Source: the human T2T-CHM13v2.0 reference genome, Homo sapiens. Taken from it: a stretch of 64,000 nucleotides of DNA. The notes beneath the pieces are model-generated. The model had not been told where the DNA came from and searched no databases. It saw nothing but the letters and a program-made list of their open reading frames with translations. The DNA lies in assembly GCF_009914755.1 (NCBI RefSeq), contig NC_060940.1; one strand, given 5' to 3'. Position numbers and translations under genes: made by a program. Shown here piece by piece: positions 31,017 to 49,389 of this stretch (the stretch's first letter is position 1; each line of letters begins with the position of its first letter).

Positions 31017-32683
31017 TTTTTAAAAAGAAAGACTACCCATAGCAAATTTATAAAGACCCGCTGAATGGCAGTAAATAATTAATGGTGGGAAGGAAAAGGT
31101 GTTATTCTGTAAGCTGATAGATATTGCCAACAATATTTCTTTTAGCTTCACAACCACAAAGGTAAAGAAAAATGGGCTAATATTATTGAAAAGGAGAGAT
31201 TTTAAGGAAGTAGTACCTATCAAACTCCAACTCTTCTAGAGATTTCTTAACTCTAGAAGAGCAATTTATATATTACACTTACCTATTCAGTGATTCTTAA
31301 CCAGACATGTATCAGAATTTTGAGGAATTTGCTGTTATTTAGTCAGCGCTGGGGTCTTACTATGTTGCCCAGGCTAGACTCAAACTCCTGGCCTCAAGCA
31401 ATAGCCCCACCTCAGCCTCCTGAGTAGCTGGGACTGTAGCTATGTTTCACCATGCCTGGATCCAAGGAAATATTTGTAAACATGTATGTCTAGGCTTTAT
31501 TAGATTTACTATATCAAAATCATCAGAGGAGAGGTTAGCTTTGTAGAATTTTTTATATTTCCCTAGGTTATGGTGATGCACAATTCTAGCTGAGAACTAG
31601 TGCAATCGACAATTACTTCCATCATCTCTCACCACATGACCAGTTACCTTTATCTTTGAGGATTTGGCCAAAAAGAGGAAAGAGTAAAAGAGAGTTTTTA
31701 CTCTCTGTTTTACATTTACTGAGAGTTTTTTCTCTCTCTTTTACATTTACTGAAAACTCCACACAATTTGTTTGGGTAGGAATAGAATAGGGACTAGTAA
31801 ACTCAAAATCCAACTTGACTTTGCTATTTGTAAGCTCTTTATCTTCCACCTTCCCCTCAGGACAGTCTAGATTTGAGAGCAGTGTTTAGACATTTATCTA
31901 AGCGGCTGTTTCTGCCAGCATAGGATAAGTCAGTTAATTACTTGCTTAAGGGTTTCCCACTTCATCACCACCTATTCACAGCCAAACTGGTTTCCTCACG
32001 GTCCTCCTAAGATTGATCTCTAGATGAGTGAACAACTCATTAACTCTCTCCCAAACTGAAAACTATTATCCCCAAAACTGAAAAGAATCTTGTCTAGACA
32101 CATAAACTGGAAACAAAGAAACAAAAAGCAAACAACAACAAAAAAAACTCTTCTCGGTATTTTCCCTCAATTACCTAATTTCCAAATTGGCCTGCATATT
32201 TCTGGTTGCTCTCCTTTCCTTTTCCATTTTTCCCTTTTAAGCCCTGCTACTGAGAGTTAAATCATTTTCATATATATTACTCTATGTAGGAACTTATCAA
32301 CAGCATCAAGATTTCTGTTTATTTAAAATGTGTTAGCTTTGCTGGCATTTTAAGATAAAGCTTATTTCCAGAGCAAATTTCACTTTCCAGGGTAATTGTA
32401 TAATAATTAGAAAAAAAAACTTGGAAGGAAAAAATTTAAAAGTATTACCTTTTCAAATTCAGTGTTTTCAAAAATTTTACCATAAATACATTTAAAAAGA
32501 TATACCCTCTAATGCTTCTTTAAAAGTATCAATATTTAAAGTAACATTTTATAATTAAGTTATTTCCAAATATTTTTATTCAGGTTATGCTTGAGCTTCC
32601 AAATATGGAAAACTGACCTGTACATAAGTCAATGTTAAAACAAATGCATTTCAAATATTTTGAAAATAAAGTTGGTTGATCTA

Positions 32684-32863
<180 letters not shown>

Positions 32864-32960
32864 TCAGTGTTAGACCAAGAAATAGATTGTAAATTCTAGG
32901 AGTTCAAAATAAGCATTCCACAAGTTTCACCAATGAGTTCTGTTTAAATGATGGATTTTA

Positions 32961-33191
<231 letters not shown>

Positions 33192-34183
33192 TCATCTGAA
33201 AACATAAAATCATCTATATAATTATAAACATTGAGTAGCATGTGATTTCTCTGCCTTCCAAACAAATATTTAATTTTTTATGAAGAAATCACACTTTTTA
33301 CTCTCTCTTATTACTCACTACATTAATGAAAGAGCAGCCTATTTCAATAGAAAGACCTTGGCCTTTGGATTCAGTTCAACTTGGACTGGAATCCTACTTT
33401 AAACTCTGTCACTTCCTACTTATTGCTTAGCCTTTTTTGCCTCGATTTCCTTATTAATAAAGTGGGGTTAAAAACACTGGCTGTCTCACAGGACACTGTT
33501 GTGATGCTTGCATGAGACTCTGTACAAAGTATTTAGACAGTTCCTAGCACAAATAACAGCTCAGTATTTGTTAGGTATTACAATTATTACTAATACTACC
33601 ACTTAACAAATACAAGATTTTAGTTAAGTAAAATGATACAATTATATCTTCTTTGAGATATGTTTAAAGATTAGAGGTAACATTGTATTTTGATCATTCT
33701 GAGTTGCTCACTTGCTCATATTTTAACATCTCTGACATTGGAATCCCACTTACAATTCTTGACTTATTACAACTAAAATTGGCAACATTTAAACAATTCT
33801 CTTATTGAGACATAAAATGACAGGGCATCACAGAATCCATGGTGCCTTGCAATAAGTAGAATTAGTATATACAACACATCTAGGGCCGTTCTAGTCATAT
33901 AAATGGCATTTAAATAAATTTTAGTTCTTAAAAGTACTATGGAACGAGAGGACTGAAAATAAAGATGACAACAAATGTTTAAAACAAACTCATTCTAACT
34001 TTGATTTTCAAAAAAAAAACACTTTAAGCCAAAAGAAATTCAGAATTCAAATGAAAGCATACGGCTTATTTTATTTTCTATTTAGATTTATAGAATGGAT
34101 GTAAATCAGGCACTTTCAATGATTAATATTCACATTTAAGACTGTTAAAAACTTTCAAAAGAGTAGTTATAAGTTATATTTTG

Positions 34184-34493
34184 TGGCCGGGCACAATGGC
34201 TCATGCCTGTAATCCCAGCACTTTGGGTGGCCGAGGCAGGCAGATCACCTGAGGTCAGGAGTTCAAGACCAACCTGGCCAACATGGTGAAGCCCTGTCTC
34301 TTCTAAAAATACAAAAATTAGCCAGGTGTGGTGGTGCACGCCTGTAATCCCAGATACTCAGGAGGCTGAGGCAAGAGAATCACTTGAATCCAGAAGGCGG
34401 AGGCTGCGGTGAGCCAAGATCAGCCAAGATTGTGCCATTGCACTCCAGCCTGGGCAACAGAGACTCGGTCTCAAAAAAAAAAAAAAAAAAAAA
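34184..34493 (+). mobile_element. AluS
   Basis: Full Alu with a small internal duplication (agccaagat twice). Confidence 0.9.
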
Positions 34494-34720
34494 GTTCTAT
34501 TTTGCTATTTTCCACCTTCAGAAATGCTTAAAGGAGGAAGGAAAAGCTTCAGTTGAGATTAAGTTATAATACTCCAATTTTAAATCTCTCAGTTTGCTCA
34601 AGCTAGGCAGGTAAATATGAAGTTTTTAAGGATGAAAGCATCCTGAAAGATAGTAGAATATGTGTACTACATAACAGGTGTCCAGCCTCTGTTTGATGAA
34701 TAAATCGATTGAAAGAATGG

Positions 34721-35000
34721 AGGCTGTGCGTGGTGCCTCATGTCTGTAATTGCAGCTCTTTGAGAGGCCAAGGTGGGAGGATTACTTGGGCCCAGGAGTT
34801 TAAGACCAACCTGGACAACATGGCGACACCCGTCTCTACAAAAAGTACAAAAATTAGCCAGGCATGGTGCGCACACCAGCAGTCCCAGCTACTCAGAGGC
34901 TGAGGAGAGGATCACTTGAGCACAGGAGGTCGAGGCTGCAGTGAACCATAATTGTGCCACTGCACTCCAACCTGGGTGAGATCCTGCCTCAAAAAGAAAA
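34721..35000 (+). mobile_element. AluJ
   Basis: Diverged Alu dimer. Confidence 0.85.
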
Positions 35001-36932
35001 TTATTTTTATTTAAAAAAAATGGAAAAATACAGTTGGGGAGTTCAACATTTTTAAGGAAAACTCCCATAAGATAAAGCAATACTTTTGTAATAGTAATAA
35101 TCACTTATATTTGCTATTTTTTATTTTCATAAGGACACAACTAAACTAAAATTTTTAATCTGTTTTTTTCACATATATAGTAAATCTGTATATAATAAAA
35201 ACATATGTATATAATGAAAATGTACTCATAATAAAACCTTTAAGCACAGATAAAAGGATTCCCCCTTCTCCAAAAAAGGCTAAAAGTTAACTGAAGAGAC
35301 CAAACCGCAAAAATAAAATAATACAAAGTGAGAAATTATTTTTATCTAGGCAAGTTTCATGTATTCTTCTTTTCCCAAGGATTATTTCATTAATAATAAG
35401 CCTTTACTATAACTTTTATACAAACTCATTGCAGAAATCACAGACAAGAAAAAAAGGTACTTATAGTACAAATGCCCAGAAATAAATGTACTCATATTTG
35501 GTACATATTTTCAGCTAAAACAAGAGCATAGTCTGTGTGTATGTACACTCAAAATAATTTTTTCTCAATTTGTATAGCAAAGTACATCTTCACATGTCAA
35601 AATAAGTCTGCATCTAGTCACACCTTCAACGGCTACTATTCCATCCTATGGATGCACTGAAATTTAGTTCTAAAATCCACCATATGAGTTTTTCTTAATA
35701 CATTGAGGTTTTAAGCAGTACTGAGAAAAACAAATTGGATGTATCTCTATTTTTTACAAATATTTCAGTATAATGGAATTGATGAGTGAAGGGCATTTAT
35801 GTTTTTTTTAAATGTGGTGCTTATCACCAAATTCTCTACTTGAAAATTCATCAGCAACTTAAACTTTAAGCAGCCATATAAGTACCACTGTCTTCATCTT
35901 CACAAACTTTGTGGATAGGAAACAGTATTTTATTTCTTTTTTAACATGAATTACTTCTCTTACAAGAAATACTAAATATCTTTTCCTATGTCACTTATAG
36001 ATCTACAAAAGAAGTACTTTGCCCAAATTTAGAATTATTTTCTTGTTGATCTGAATTATCTGTAATATGAAGATACATTTTTCACCTGATGTGTATGTAT
36101 TATATGTGTGTGTTATATGTATGTAGTGTAAATATTTTGCAAGTAGGTTGTCTTTTTTTCTTATTTACAGAGTGTTTTAAGTTTTATTTTGCTAAATCAA
36201 CCTGCAGAATGCTTGCTTGTGAAGTTCTTAAGAAAGTCTTTGTCAACATAAAAATGTATCTGTATAAAAAGGCATGTGTGTCTTCTTCTGGTACTTTCCT
36301 TATTTTGTATACTTAAAATATTTGATCTATATTTCATCAGGAACTTATTTCTGTGACATAAAAATCTAGTTCGTTTTCACCAAACAGCAGGCATTTCATT
36401 TATGAATAATTCACCCTTCCTACTAATCTAAAATGTCAACATTATCAAGTTCTAAATTCTTACATGTATTTGGGCAATTCTAGATCTTCTATTCTGTTTC
36501 ATTCATTTGTCTTTTCAGTTGTTAATAAACAATTTGTGGAAATTAATAGCACATTTTGATATATAGAAAGGCCAGTCTTTCTCACCTCATTACAAAAAAC
36601 ATTTTCATGTCATCATAATAGTAAAACACAGACAACAAGTTTAATTTTAAAATGTTAAAACTTTGATATTTTTATCTGATTTATGTAAAGTTGATAGACA
36701 AAGAGCTCACATCTTAAGAAAAACGAATCTTCCTACTCAAGAACAGGAACGACTTCCCACTTCAAAGTTTCCTTCTAAGGTTCCTCAGTAAATAACGTAT
36801 TTACGTAGATGTACATTTATATAAAAATAAATATTAGATATAATCTGAAGAATTGTTAGCCCAGAAGTTGAAATGTCATGGGAATTATTGCTCTCCTTAT
36901 GCACCTGTCTATAGCGTATATAACTTTATGTT

Positions 36933-37275
<343 letters not shown>

Positions 37276-37349
37276 TTGAAATGTGTCCATTCAAGATAAA
37301 GTGCTGTATAGACTTAATTAACCCCTCCAAGGTCTCCCCAGGCCAGGTG

Positions 37350-38640
37350 CTGTGGAGCCTGCAGAGGCAGGAAAGCCAGGACCCCGGGGTCAGGAGGGAT
37401 CGCCCCCCACCCCGCATCCCCCCGCCAAAAAGGGGGCACTTCTCCCACACACCCGCCTCCTCCCAGTCCCCGCCCCCAGCCCCAGCTCCTGTCACCTTTT
37501 CTTCTTGTCTCTCTCATCCAAGTCAGCGCTCCCGCTCGAAAGGATGCACTCCACCTTGGAGACTTCACCCCGGCTGGCAGCTCTGTGGAGCTTGCCGAGG
37601 TGTTTCTCTTGGATATTGTACCCGCACTGGGCGAAGGGGCTGTCATCGCTCTCGGCGACATCGTCCCCCCTGCAACACCAACAGCCGGTGAAGGAGCAGG
37701 AGGGCCCCTGGCCCTTCTGGCCCCCGAAGCCAGAGCTTCTCCTCATGGCGGAGGCTATCAGAGACACCTCAGCACCAGTCCGCCTATCACAGCCTCAGAG
37801 GCCCAGTAAGACCAAGCCACTCTGGTCAGCCACCACCTCCAACCAGGAAACTTCGCAGTTTCCAAAGTCAGAGCCAGTAACAAGCGAAGCCAACCAGCCA
37901 AGCCGCGCCAAGCGAAGCCGGTATGCCCGACCGCGCATGCGCACCTCTGACAGCTCGTCACTGCGCGTGCGCACAACCGACAGGTGGCCAACCGTTCTCA
38001 GCGCGCATGTGCATGGCTCACGTGTCAGAAACATCGATGACAGCTTGTCACCAGCCCTGCGTTCCCGCCCCACGTCAGTGAGAGTTGGCAGAGTTTTCAG
38101 GACATTCCCCGGAAGGGGAAGGCATCCTGAAGTTCCAGCTACTCTAGCCCCAGTCACGTGTGAAGACGCCATTCCCACGTGGGAACACAGGACTGAGGGT
38201 AGAGCAGCTAGAGAACCTTGGGATGCTGAAGGCCTCGCCCGGGGAAACCCCCATGAGGACACTCTCTGGCGGGCGGAGCTCCTTGCAAATCGCGGCTGCA
38301 GCTCGGGCGCCAGCGAAGGCTGCTGAGCTCAGAACCGAGGACCTCAGAGTAGGCAGCGCACCACTCCCTGCCCAGCCAGCAGACCCTCCCAGCGCAGCTT
38401 CTGGTGCCTGCCTGCACCCGCTCCCCTGGCTTGTGCCTAGAGCCACCTGGATGGAGCCCAGCGGCCCATTCCGCCCCTACGCAGCCACAGCCGCTGCAGT
38501 CCGGCCTGGCTTCCTTGGTTGAGACTGACCCCGGGGCCCGCGCTGCTGGAGGAAAAATAGTCAGAGGAGATGCTGGGTTGCATTCATCTGTGTCATATTA
38601 GAGTCTTTCCTCAGCTGTCTGGGGATCCTGCGCGGTCTGC
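37350..38640. promoter_or_regulatory. CpG island / ANKRD26P1 promoter
   Basis: High GC and CpG; NRF1-type motifs at 37933-37942, 37962-37973 and 38003-38013; CACGTG E-boxes at 38019, 38155 and 38176; ETS ccggaag at 38109. Confidence 0.85.
37496..37746 (-). CDS. ANKRD26P1: ANKRD26P1 exon 1 coding part (251 nt)
   Basis: ccgccATG Kozak context; MRRSSGFGGQKGQGP...LGKLHRAASRGEVSKVE...DERDKKK; donor AAAAG|gtgaca. Confidence 0.9.
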
Positions 38641-38884
38641 TCCATTTAAAAAGTCAGCACATTACCACCTGATTGGAGGCTCAATCCCCTGATGCTTAGC
38701 AACTATGAGCTTTACCAGAGGTCAATCATGGGGCGTTCCCTTAAAAAGCATCCAGTATTTGTACAGTATCTCTGGGGAAATGACCACGAAGGGAGACCTA
38801 AAAAACATTTCTATAAACCTCTGCCCGTAGAGTACAGACCTGGCAGTCGGCATCCTGGAAGCTGAGCATGAGAAGAAAACTAGG

Positions 38885-39593
<709 letters not shown>

Positions 39594-40279
39594 CGATTTT
39601 CTGCTTTTTCAAATCTCACCTTTACCTTTACTTCCAGAAGTACCTGAAAGTGCCAATTCCTGCACCAGGCACTTCCCAGCAGAGAAAACTGACTCCTAAG
39701 CTAGCAGTAGGGAGAACCAAGTCAGTTCCCACTTGTCCATGTGCTTTTCAACTTCCAAATTTTGCATATTTTATTTCCTTTCTCTTTCTTTTTGTGTTTT
39801 TTTTGAGTTTACATATTCTTTTAATCTTCTTACTCTTTGTTACTCTCAAAGCTTCGCTAACATGCTAAGTGATGCATACATTGAATCAGCCATCTCTACC
39901 TAGAACTGAAACTGACTTTCAATCCCCAAAGAAATCCCAGTCCTAAGTTAACAAGAAGAAACACAGAAAACCCTACTCCCCTTTTAGTCTAATGAGACCA
40001 ACCAAATGTCCTCCCTATGGAACTATGAAACAGGAAAGTTCCCACGATCTTGCAATCCAGGCTGTAGTGGATTATAACAGCTACTGTTTGGGACTGCCCA
40101 AAGCGTCTCCTTTTGGTGCACTTGATGCAGACATAACCAGTCATAGCATCTCATTACCCGGGGCAGAGGGATTTATATGCTTCAACCAAGACCAATCAGA
40201 GTCCTTCCCTTGGATAAATACGCGGCTGTTGGAAAAAGCAACTGCAGTAGAAAAAGGGCTTTGAAGATGAAAAGTTGGG

Positions 40280-41630
40280 CGGCACCAGCGAGGGCCCAGG
40301 CGGGAGATGCTGATGAGGCTGGGAGGACGCTGCTGAGCCCCTGTCAGCCTGACAGCCAGCACATGATGGCAATAGAGGAGCTCAAAGTGTGCCTTCTCGG
40401 GGACACTGGCGTAGGGAAATCAAGCATTGTGTATCGATTTGCCCAGGATCACTTTGACCGCAACATAAGCCCTACCATTGAGGTATCTTTTGTGACCAAA
40501 ACTGCGCCTTCTGGAAATGACCTTCACAAGTTCCTCATCTGGGACACTGCTGGCCAGGAACGGTTTCATTCGTTGGCTCATGTGCTATGGAGGATCGGCT
40601 GCAGCTGATACAGTGCATGATGTTACCCAAACAGGATTCATTTCATACAGATGTTACCCAAACAGGATTCATTTCATGCCTTGAAGAAGTGGGATAAAGA
40701 GCTGAAAGAACATGGTCCAGAAAACATTGTAATGACTATTACTGAAACAAGTGCCATCTCTCAGATATTAGGGAGTTTCCCCTGAAGGATGCTGAGGAAT
40801 ATGCTGAATCCGTGGGTGCCATCATGGTTGAGACGAGGGCAAAAAATGCTATTAATATCAAGGTATCAGCCACCAGATCTCATCCTTGGACCCCCACAAA
40901 AATGGAAACAGTGGAGCAATGAAACTTGGGAAGCAAACCATGCAAGCCAGCCACAGATGCTGTTGACCCAAGGGCAGCTGTCCCTGGCACTTGAAGAAGC
41001 CAGACCCCATGCCCTGAGTGCTGCTGAAAGACCCCATGCTCCGTGGCCTGGCACCTCACTTTCAGAAGAGCGAGTGAGCTGGCTTTACATCCTGGAAGAC
41101 CTACAGGGTGGGGCAGGAAATGTCCCTAAAACAGATTTTAGAAAACTCTGGAAAAACCCACCACACCACCACAAAATGGCCGTTAGTATGTGAAATGCAC
41201 ATTGGAGGGATGATACTTATTAGGTAATAAGAGTAGTTACATTTTTGCTAAAAACCTTTAAAAATTCTTGGATTTGTATAAAAGCCTACTGCCTTATTAT
41301 GTGTATGGGATTCCACAGTGGTGTTCCACTCGGATTTCCTGTGCTATCTATCCAAATTTCAGTAACTTCTTCAGTGCCATTGCCTTTGTTACCTAACCAA
41401 CCTTCACTGAAAGGCAGATTTAATTCAGGAGGTTACTTTTTAGCTAGCTTTGGAAGTAAGCCTTTATTTATTACTTTTCTGAAGGATATCAGAGAAGTGT
41501 CAATGGACCATCACTCAGACTGAGACTTGAGCTATTATAGAACCTGGGAAATATGTATTAGAAACTGTTGCCTACACCTCTTTTAATTGGTGAACATTTT
41601 TCTAAGTTGTGGTCATATATAAACAAAAAA
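40280..41630 (+). pseudogene. RAB31 processed pseudogene (coding-derived part 40363-40966)
   Basis: MMAIEELKVCLLGDTGVGKSSIVYRF...WDTAGQERFHSLA...KELKEHGPENIV...MQASHRCC*; intronless, several frameshifts, A-rich end near 41620-41631; outer boundaries approximate. Confidence 0.92.
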
Positions 41631-41684
41631 ACCAAATCAGACTAAATCACTGCATATAATTTTGGGACTGGGAGGCCTAGTTCC

Positions 41685-42190
41685 TCAAAAAGTGAAACGG
41701 AATTAACATATGATAATTACCATAACAGCTGCATTCACAATAGCCAAAAAGGGAAAATAATCCAAATGTCCATCAACAGATGAATGGATAAACAAAGTGG
41801 TCCATGCATACAACGCAATATTCAAATATAAAAAGCCATGAAGCACTGTTGCATGCTGCAACTTGAATGAGCCTTGAAAATATTATGCTAAGAGATCAAA
41901 CAAGAAGTAAAAGACCATATATTGTATGATTACATTTCTATGACATGTCCAGAAGAGGCAAATCCAAAGATGCAGAAAGTAGATTAGCCATTGCCAGAGC
42001 CGGAAGAAGAAGGGATGGAGAGAGAGTAACCGCAAGGGACACAGATTTCTTTTGCGGGTGAGGGACATGTTCTGGGGTTAGATCATGCTGATAGTGGTAC
42101 GACTTTGAGAATATATTAAAAACCACTGAACTGTACACTTTAAAGATTAAATTTTATGATGTATAAATTATTTTGCAATACAAAGAAAAT
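41685..42190 (+). mobile_element. L1MB-type 3' fragment
   Basis: ccaaatgtccatcaacagatgaatggataaac...ccactgaactgtacactttaaa. Confidence 0.75.
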
Positions 42191-42489
42191 AAAGGCAGAC
42201 TCCATGCGGTAGGAAGTGGTTAACCTACTTGACGGATTTATTTTCTCATCATCTTAAATATAAACAGTGGGGAGGGCCGAGTGCTAGCGGGCCTGGGGGA
42301 GTCGGCAGGGCTGGGTCCCCCCTGTTCTCAGAGCCGCTCCAGCCTGCGCCCGAGGCCTGATTACAGAAGGAAACGTGGCCCTTCCGTGCCTGTATCCGGG
42401 GCGGGGAGCTTCTGTCTAGGGAAGGAGGCAAACGGCCTCGGGCATGCCCCCACCTCCAGGAACCAGGGAAATGAGGGTGAGGGCCCCAC

Positions 42490-44960
<2,471 letters not shown>

Positions 44961-45109
44961 GCATGCCCTATTTAGCAACATCTTAAAGTAGGTAGCTCAA
45001 GGTTAACTATATAGACCTGAAAATTATTAAAATGTTACTTTTGAAATATTTTCAGTACAAATTTTTCATAAATTTCATCTGGCTTCCAATAACTGTCCAC
45101 ATTAGGAAG

Positions 45110-45355
45110 GTGTTACGGGCTAATTATGTCTCTCACAAAATTCATAGATTGAAGTTATGCTGAAGTCTTAACCCATGTGCCTTAAAATATGACTGTATTT
45201 CGAGACAGGTCCTGTATATTAAAAGTAAAATGAGGTCTTATGGGTAGGCCCTAATCCAATGTGACTGGCATCCTTATAAGAGATGAGGACACAAACAGGC
45301 ACAGAGTAGAGACCATGTGAAGGCACATGGAAAAAGACGGCCATCTACAAGCTAG
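45110..45355 (+). mobile_element. MLT1 (MaLR) LTR fragment
   Basis: tgttacgggctaattatgtc...ggccctaatccaatgtgactggcatccttataaga. Confidence 0.75.
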
Positions 45356-46305
45356 ACACATGCATATTGGTACTCAAGTGATACCACAGGGGACCCTCTG
45401 TAGGTTTCTGGTGCTGTCTGTGCATCTCCCTCCCTTCCAGTGATCTGCCTTGCAAATTCTGGCTGCCTTGGCCTCTAAGCTCTGACTCTGTCTCCCTGAC
45501 TTAGTGAATTAACCAGGCTTCATTTCCCCTCCCTGTAGTGAGGCCTGGAATCTGCCCTTAAGCACTAAGCTGGTGTAATTGTAGAACTTACTTTTTCAGT
45601 TTTTCTTCTTAGGTATTACTGTTCTGTGTTGCCTGTTACATGACATCTGGAAAACCACTGTCTCAGATATATCTTGTCCAGTCTTCTAGGTAAGGCATGG
45701 GGGTAAACCTACGACCTATTACTCTATCTTGGCTAAAAGCTGGTCTTGAATCTTCCAGATTGGAAGCATTTCCAAAGGAAGTGGGGGACTCTATATTAGT
45801 AGCCAATTGGTAAGCAGGTCAAATTTCTAAGAGTTTCTCTAGCTCATTTTTGTTGAAATTTGACTAAAATGGTTGATGTTTGACTGTGGACACATTTGAG
45901 AATACTTAGATAAAGGGGAGTCTGGGTGGAATGGATCCAGGACATCAACCCTTTCAGCTGAACACATTCACATCCCAGAATCTCAGACATTTCTGGTTCC
46001 ATTTGCTTACATCCAAAATTAAGAGTTTTCTGCACTCAGGCCTATTTGTTTGGGTGATGTCAAGGGTGGGTGGAAATAAAAATCCTCCCTCACTAAGAAG
46101 CCTGTACACTTGTGGAGTTCAGCTTTTACTACTTTCAGGCCAGGTGGACTGGCAACTTTCTCACTGAAACAGTGTGAATAAACTTGGTGTGTAGCTTTTT
46201 AAAACCCATTTGGAATAAAATTGGAACAATTTAGCAAGCAGTTAAGAACTAATTAAATCTTTGCATTGTTTTCATGGGAAACATAATACATTATAGTTAT
46301 TTGTG

Positions 46306-46888
<583 letters not shown>

Positions 46889-46932
46889 TAAAATAAATTT
46901 TTAAGAAGCAGCTTACAACTTCCATTAAGGCA

Positions 46933-47156
46933 TGGGAGGCGGCAGTTGCAGTGAGCCAAGATCACGCCATTGCATTCCACCCTGGGTGACAGAGAGGGAA
47001 GGGAAGGGAAAGGAAAAGGGAGAGGGAAAGGGAAAGGGAAAGGGAAGGGGAAGGAGATGGAGGGGAAGGGGAAGGGGAAGGGGAAGGAGATGGAGGGGAA
47101 GGGGAAGGAGATGGAGGGGAAGGGGAAGGGGAAGGGGAAGGGGAAAAGAAAGAAAA
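46933..47156 (+). repeat. Truncated Alu 3' end plus ~165-bp polypurine tract (GGGAA/GGGGAA/GGAGATGGA)
   Basis: Directly visible. Confidence 0.9.
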
Positions 47157-48343
47157 CAGAACTCATACTGTCAAGAAACCTTATAAAAGTAAGAAATGTA
47201 ATCAAGCTCTCATCCTTAGATGTTTAGTTCCAAGAACCAACTCTCATACAGCCTTTCTCAGTTGAGTTTCTATCACTTACAACTGAAAGAATTCCAGCAA
47301 TGGGCTATAACACAACTATCAAAAGAATAAGGTGGATTTGTATGTACAGACATATTTTTCTGCAATATATTAAGGGAAAATAGCAATAGCAATTCTCAGA
47401 GCATTGATATATTACACCTGTTTTGTTTTTAAAATATATATTTTTTTCTATTAATAGTGAGAACTAAAAAAAGAGGAGAATGTTCACCACATATAAGACT
47501 TTAAAACATATACATATATATATTTAATCACAGAATAAAACAAAATGTTATAAAATTAAATGCTATGCATAAATTTTGCATCAAAGGCCAATTATCAAAA
47601 TTTATTTCAACTTAATTTCCATAGAAGCCTGTGGAATGTACTTCCTAGAAAGGAATAAGAATAAAAACAGCAAACTGAATTACAAAGAAACATGAACAAC
47701 ACGGTTCTTATGAGCTCATCAGTGTTCTATTGAACTTTCTTCAATCTCCCTCTGAAAAGCAAAATCCAGAAAATGATTATTTCACCATCCTTCTGTAACT
47801 CCAGAAAAGTGAAGTGTATATACACTTGAGATCAAATGATCTCTGGGCAGTTTTTAAAAATATATTCGTGTTAATATCTATGGTGCAATAATACAACAAG
47901 AAACTGAAGAAGGGAAATACATCTAAAGAAGCTAAAATAAAATACTCAAATCAGCAAAATAGAATTTTGCTACCTGCCATAAATTCAAGGTCACACTAAG
48001 AGTGGACCATAAGGACAGGACACACAATTAGTCAACACAGAAGGCTATCCTTTCTCCACATCAGTGTTTTCATCTCAAATATCAAACCCATACCCCTCTA
48101 GGGCACTCCCTAAATTCCCTATGCTATACCATTTGAGATGTTTAACTCTCCATGATTGAGGCAAAATGTACTGCATATAACTTAAATAAGAACAAAGTAG
48201 GCCTACTCATTATAATGAATCATGTGAATAAAAATTAATATAAGCTTAGATTTAAGCTAAAATAGACATGAAATCTGAAAAACTCCATGTTATAAAAAGA
48301 AACAAGGAAGGTATAAATGTTACTAACTTATCTACAAAATCTA

Positions 48344-48969
<626 letters not shown>

Positions 48970-49389
48970 GTGATTTTTTTTTAAGTTGAATAAATGGTTT
49001 TTATCTTAAGGCATCACATCTAGAGGCAAAAATTAAAAAAAAGAATAAAAGGTTTTAATATCAACATTTGGCTGAAACTGATGCAGAAATGAACATTACT
49101 TTTTAAACCTCCTTGCAACAAGATTTTTTAAAAGTAAAAATACCTTTCAATGATCAAATAATAAATCTAACATAAATCCTACATTTAGTAGCATCCAAAA
49201 AATAAGAATTATTTTTTACTCAAATTTAAAAAACAAACATAACCACACTTAATGGGAAAAAATGTAATACTCTTTCTAAAGCATGAAAACAGATACCAAA
49301 ATACCATGTATTCTTAAATGACCACATATGCTACACTGACACTATGGCCCACAGTGAGTTTGAAAAGATATAACAAGATTCAATTTTGT

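Noticed and set aside
37352-38326. 324-aa + strand ORF across the CpG island
   Set aside because: Antisense to exon 1, Pro/Ser/Arg-rich, no recognisable domain; long ORFs are expected in GC-rich DNA.
40185-40220. CCAAT and TATA-like motifs upstream of the RAB31 copy, or a possible TSD (accaatcaga)
   Set aside because: Resembles an old MLT1 fragment motif; the match to the 3' flank is imperfect and offset from the mRNA-derived start.
40177-41193. 143-aa and 134-aa ORFs as a functional Rab gene
   Set aside because: Frameshift soon after the DTAGQE motif and further indels destroy the GTPase fold.
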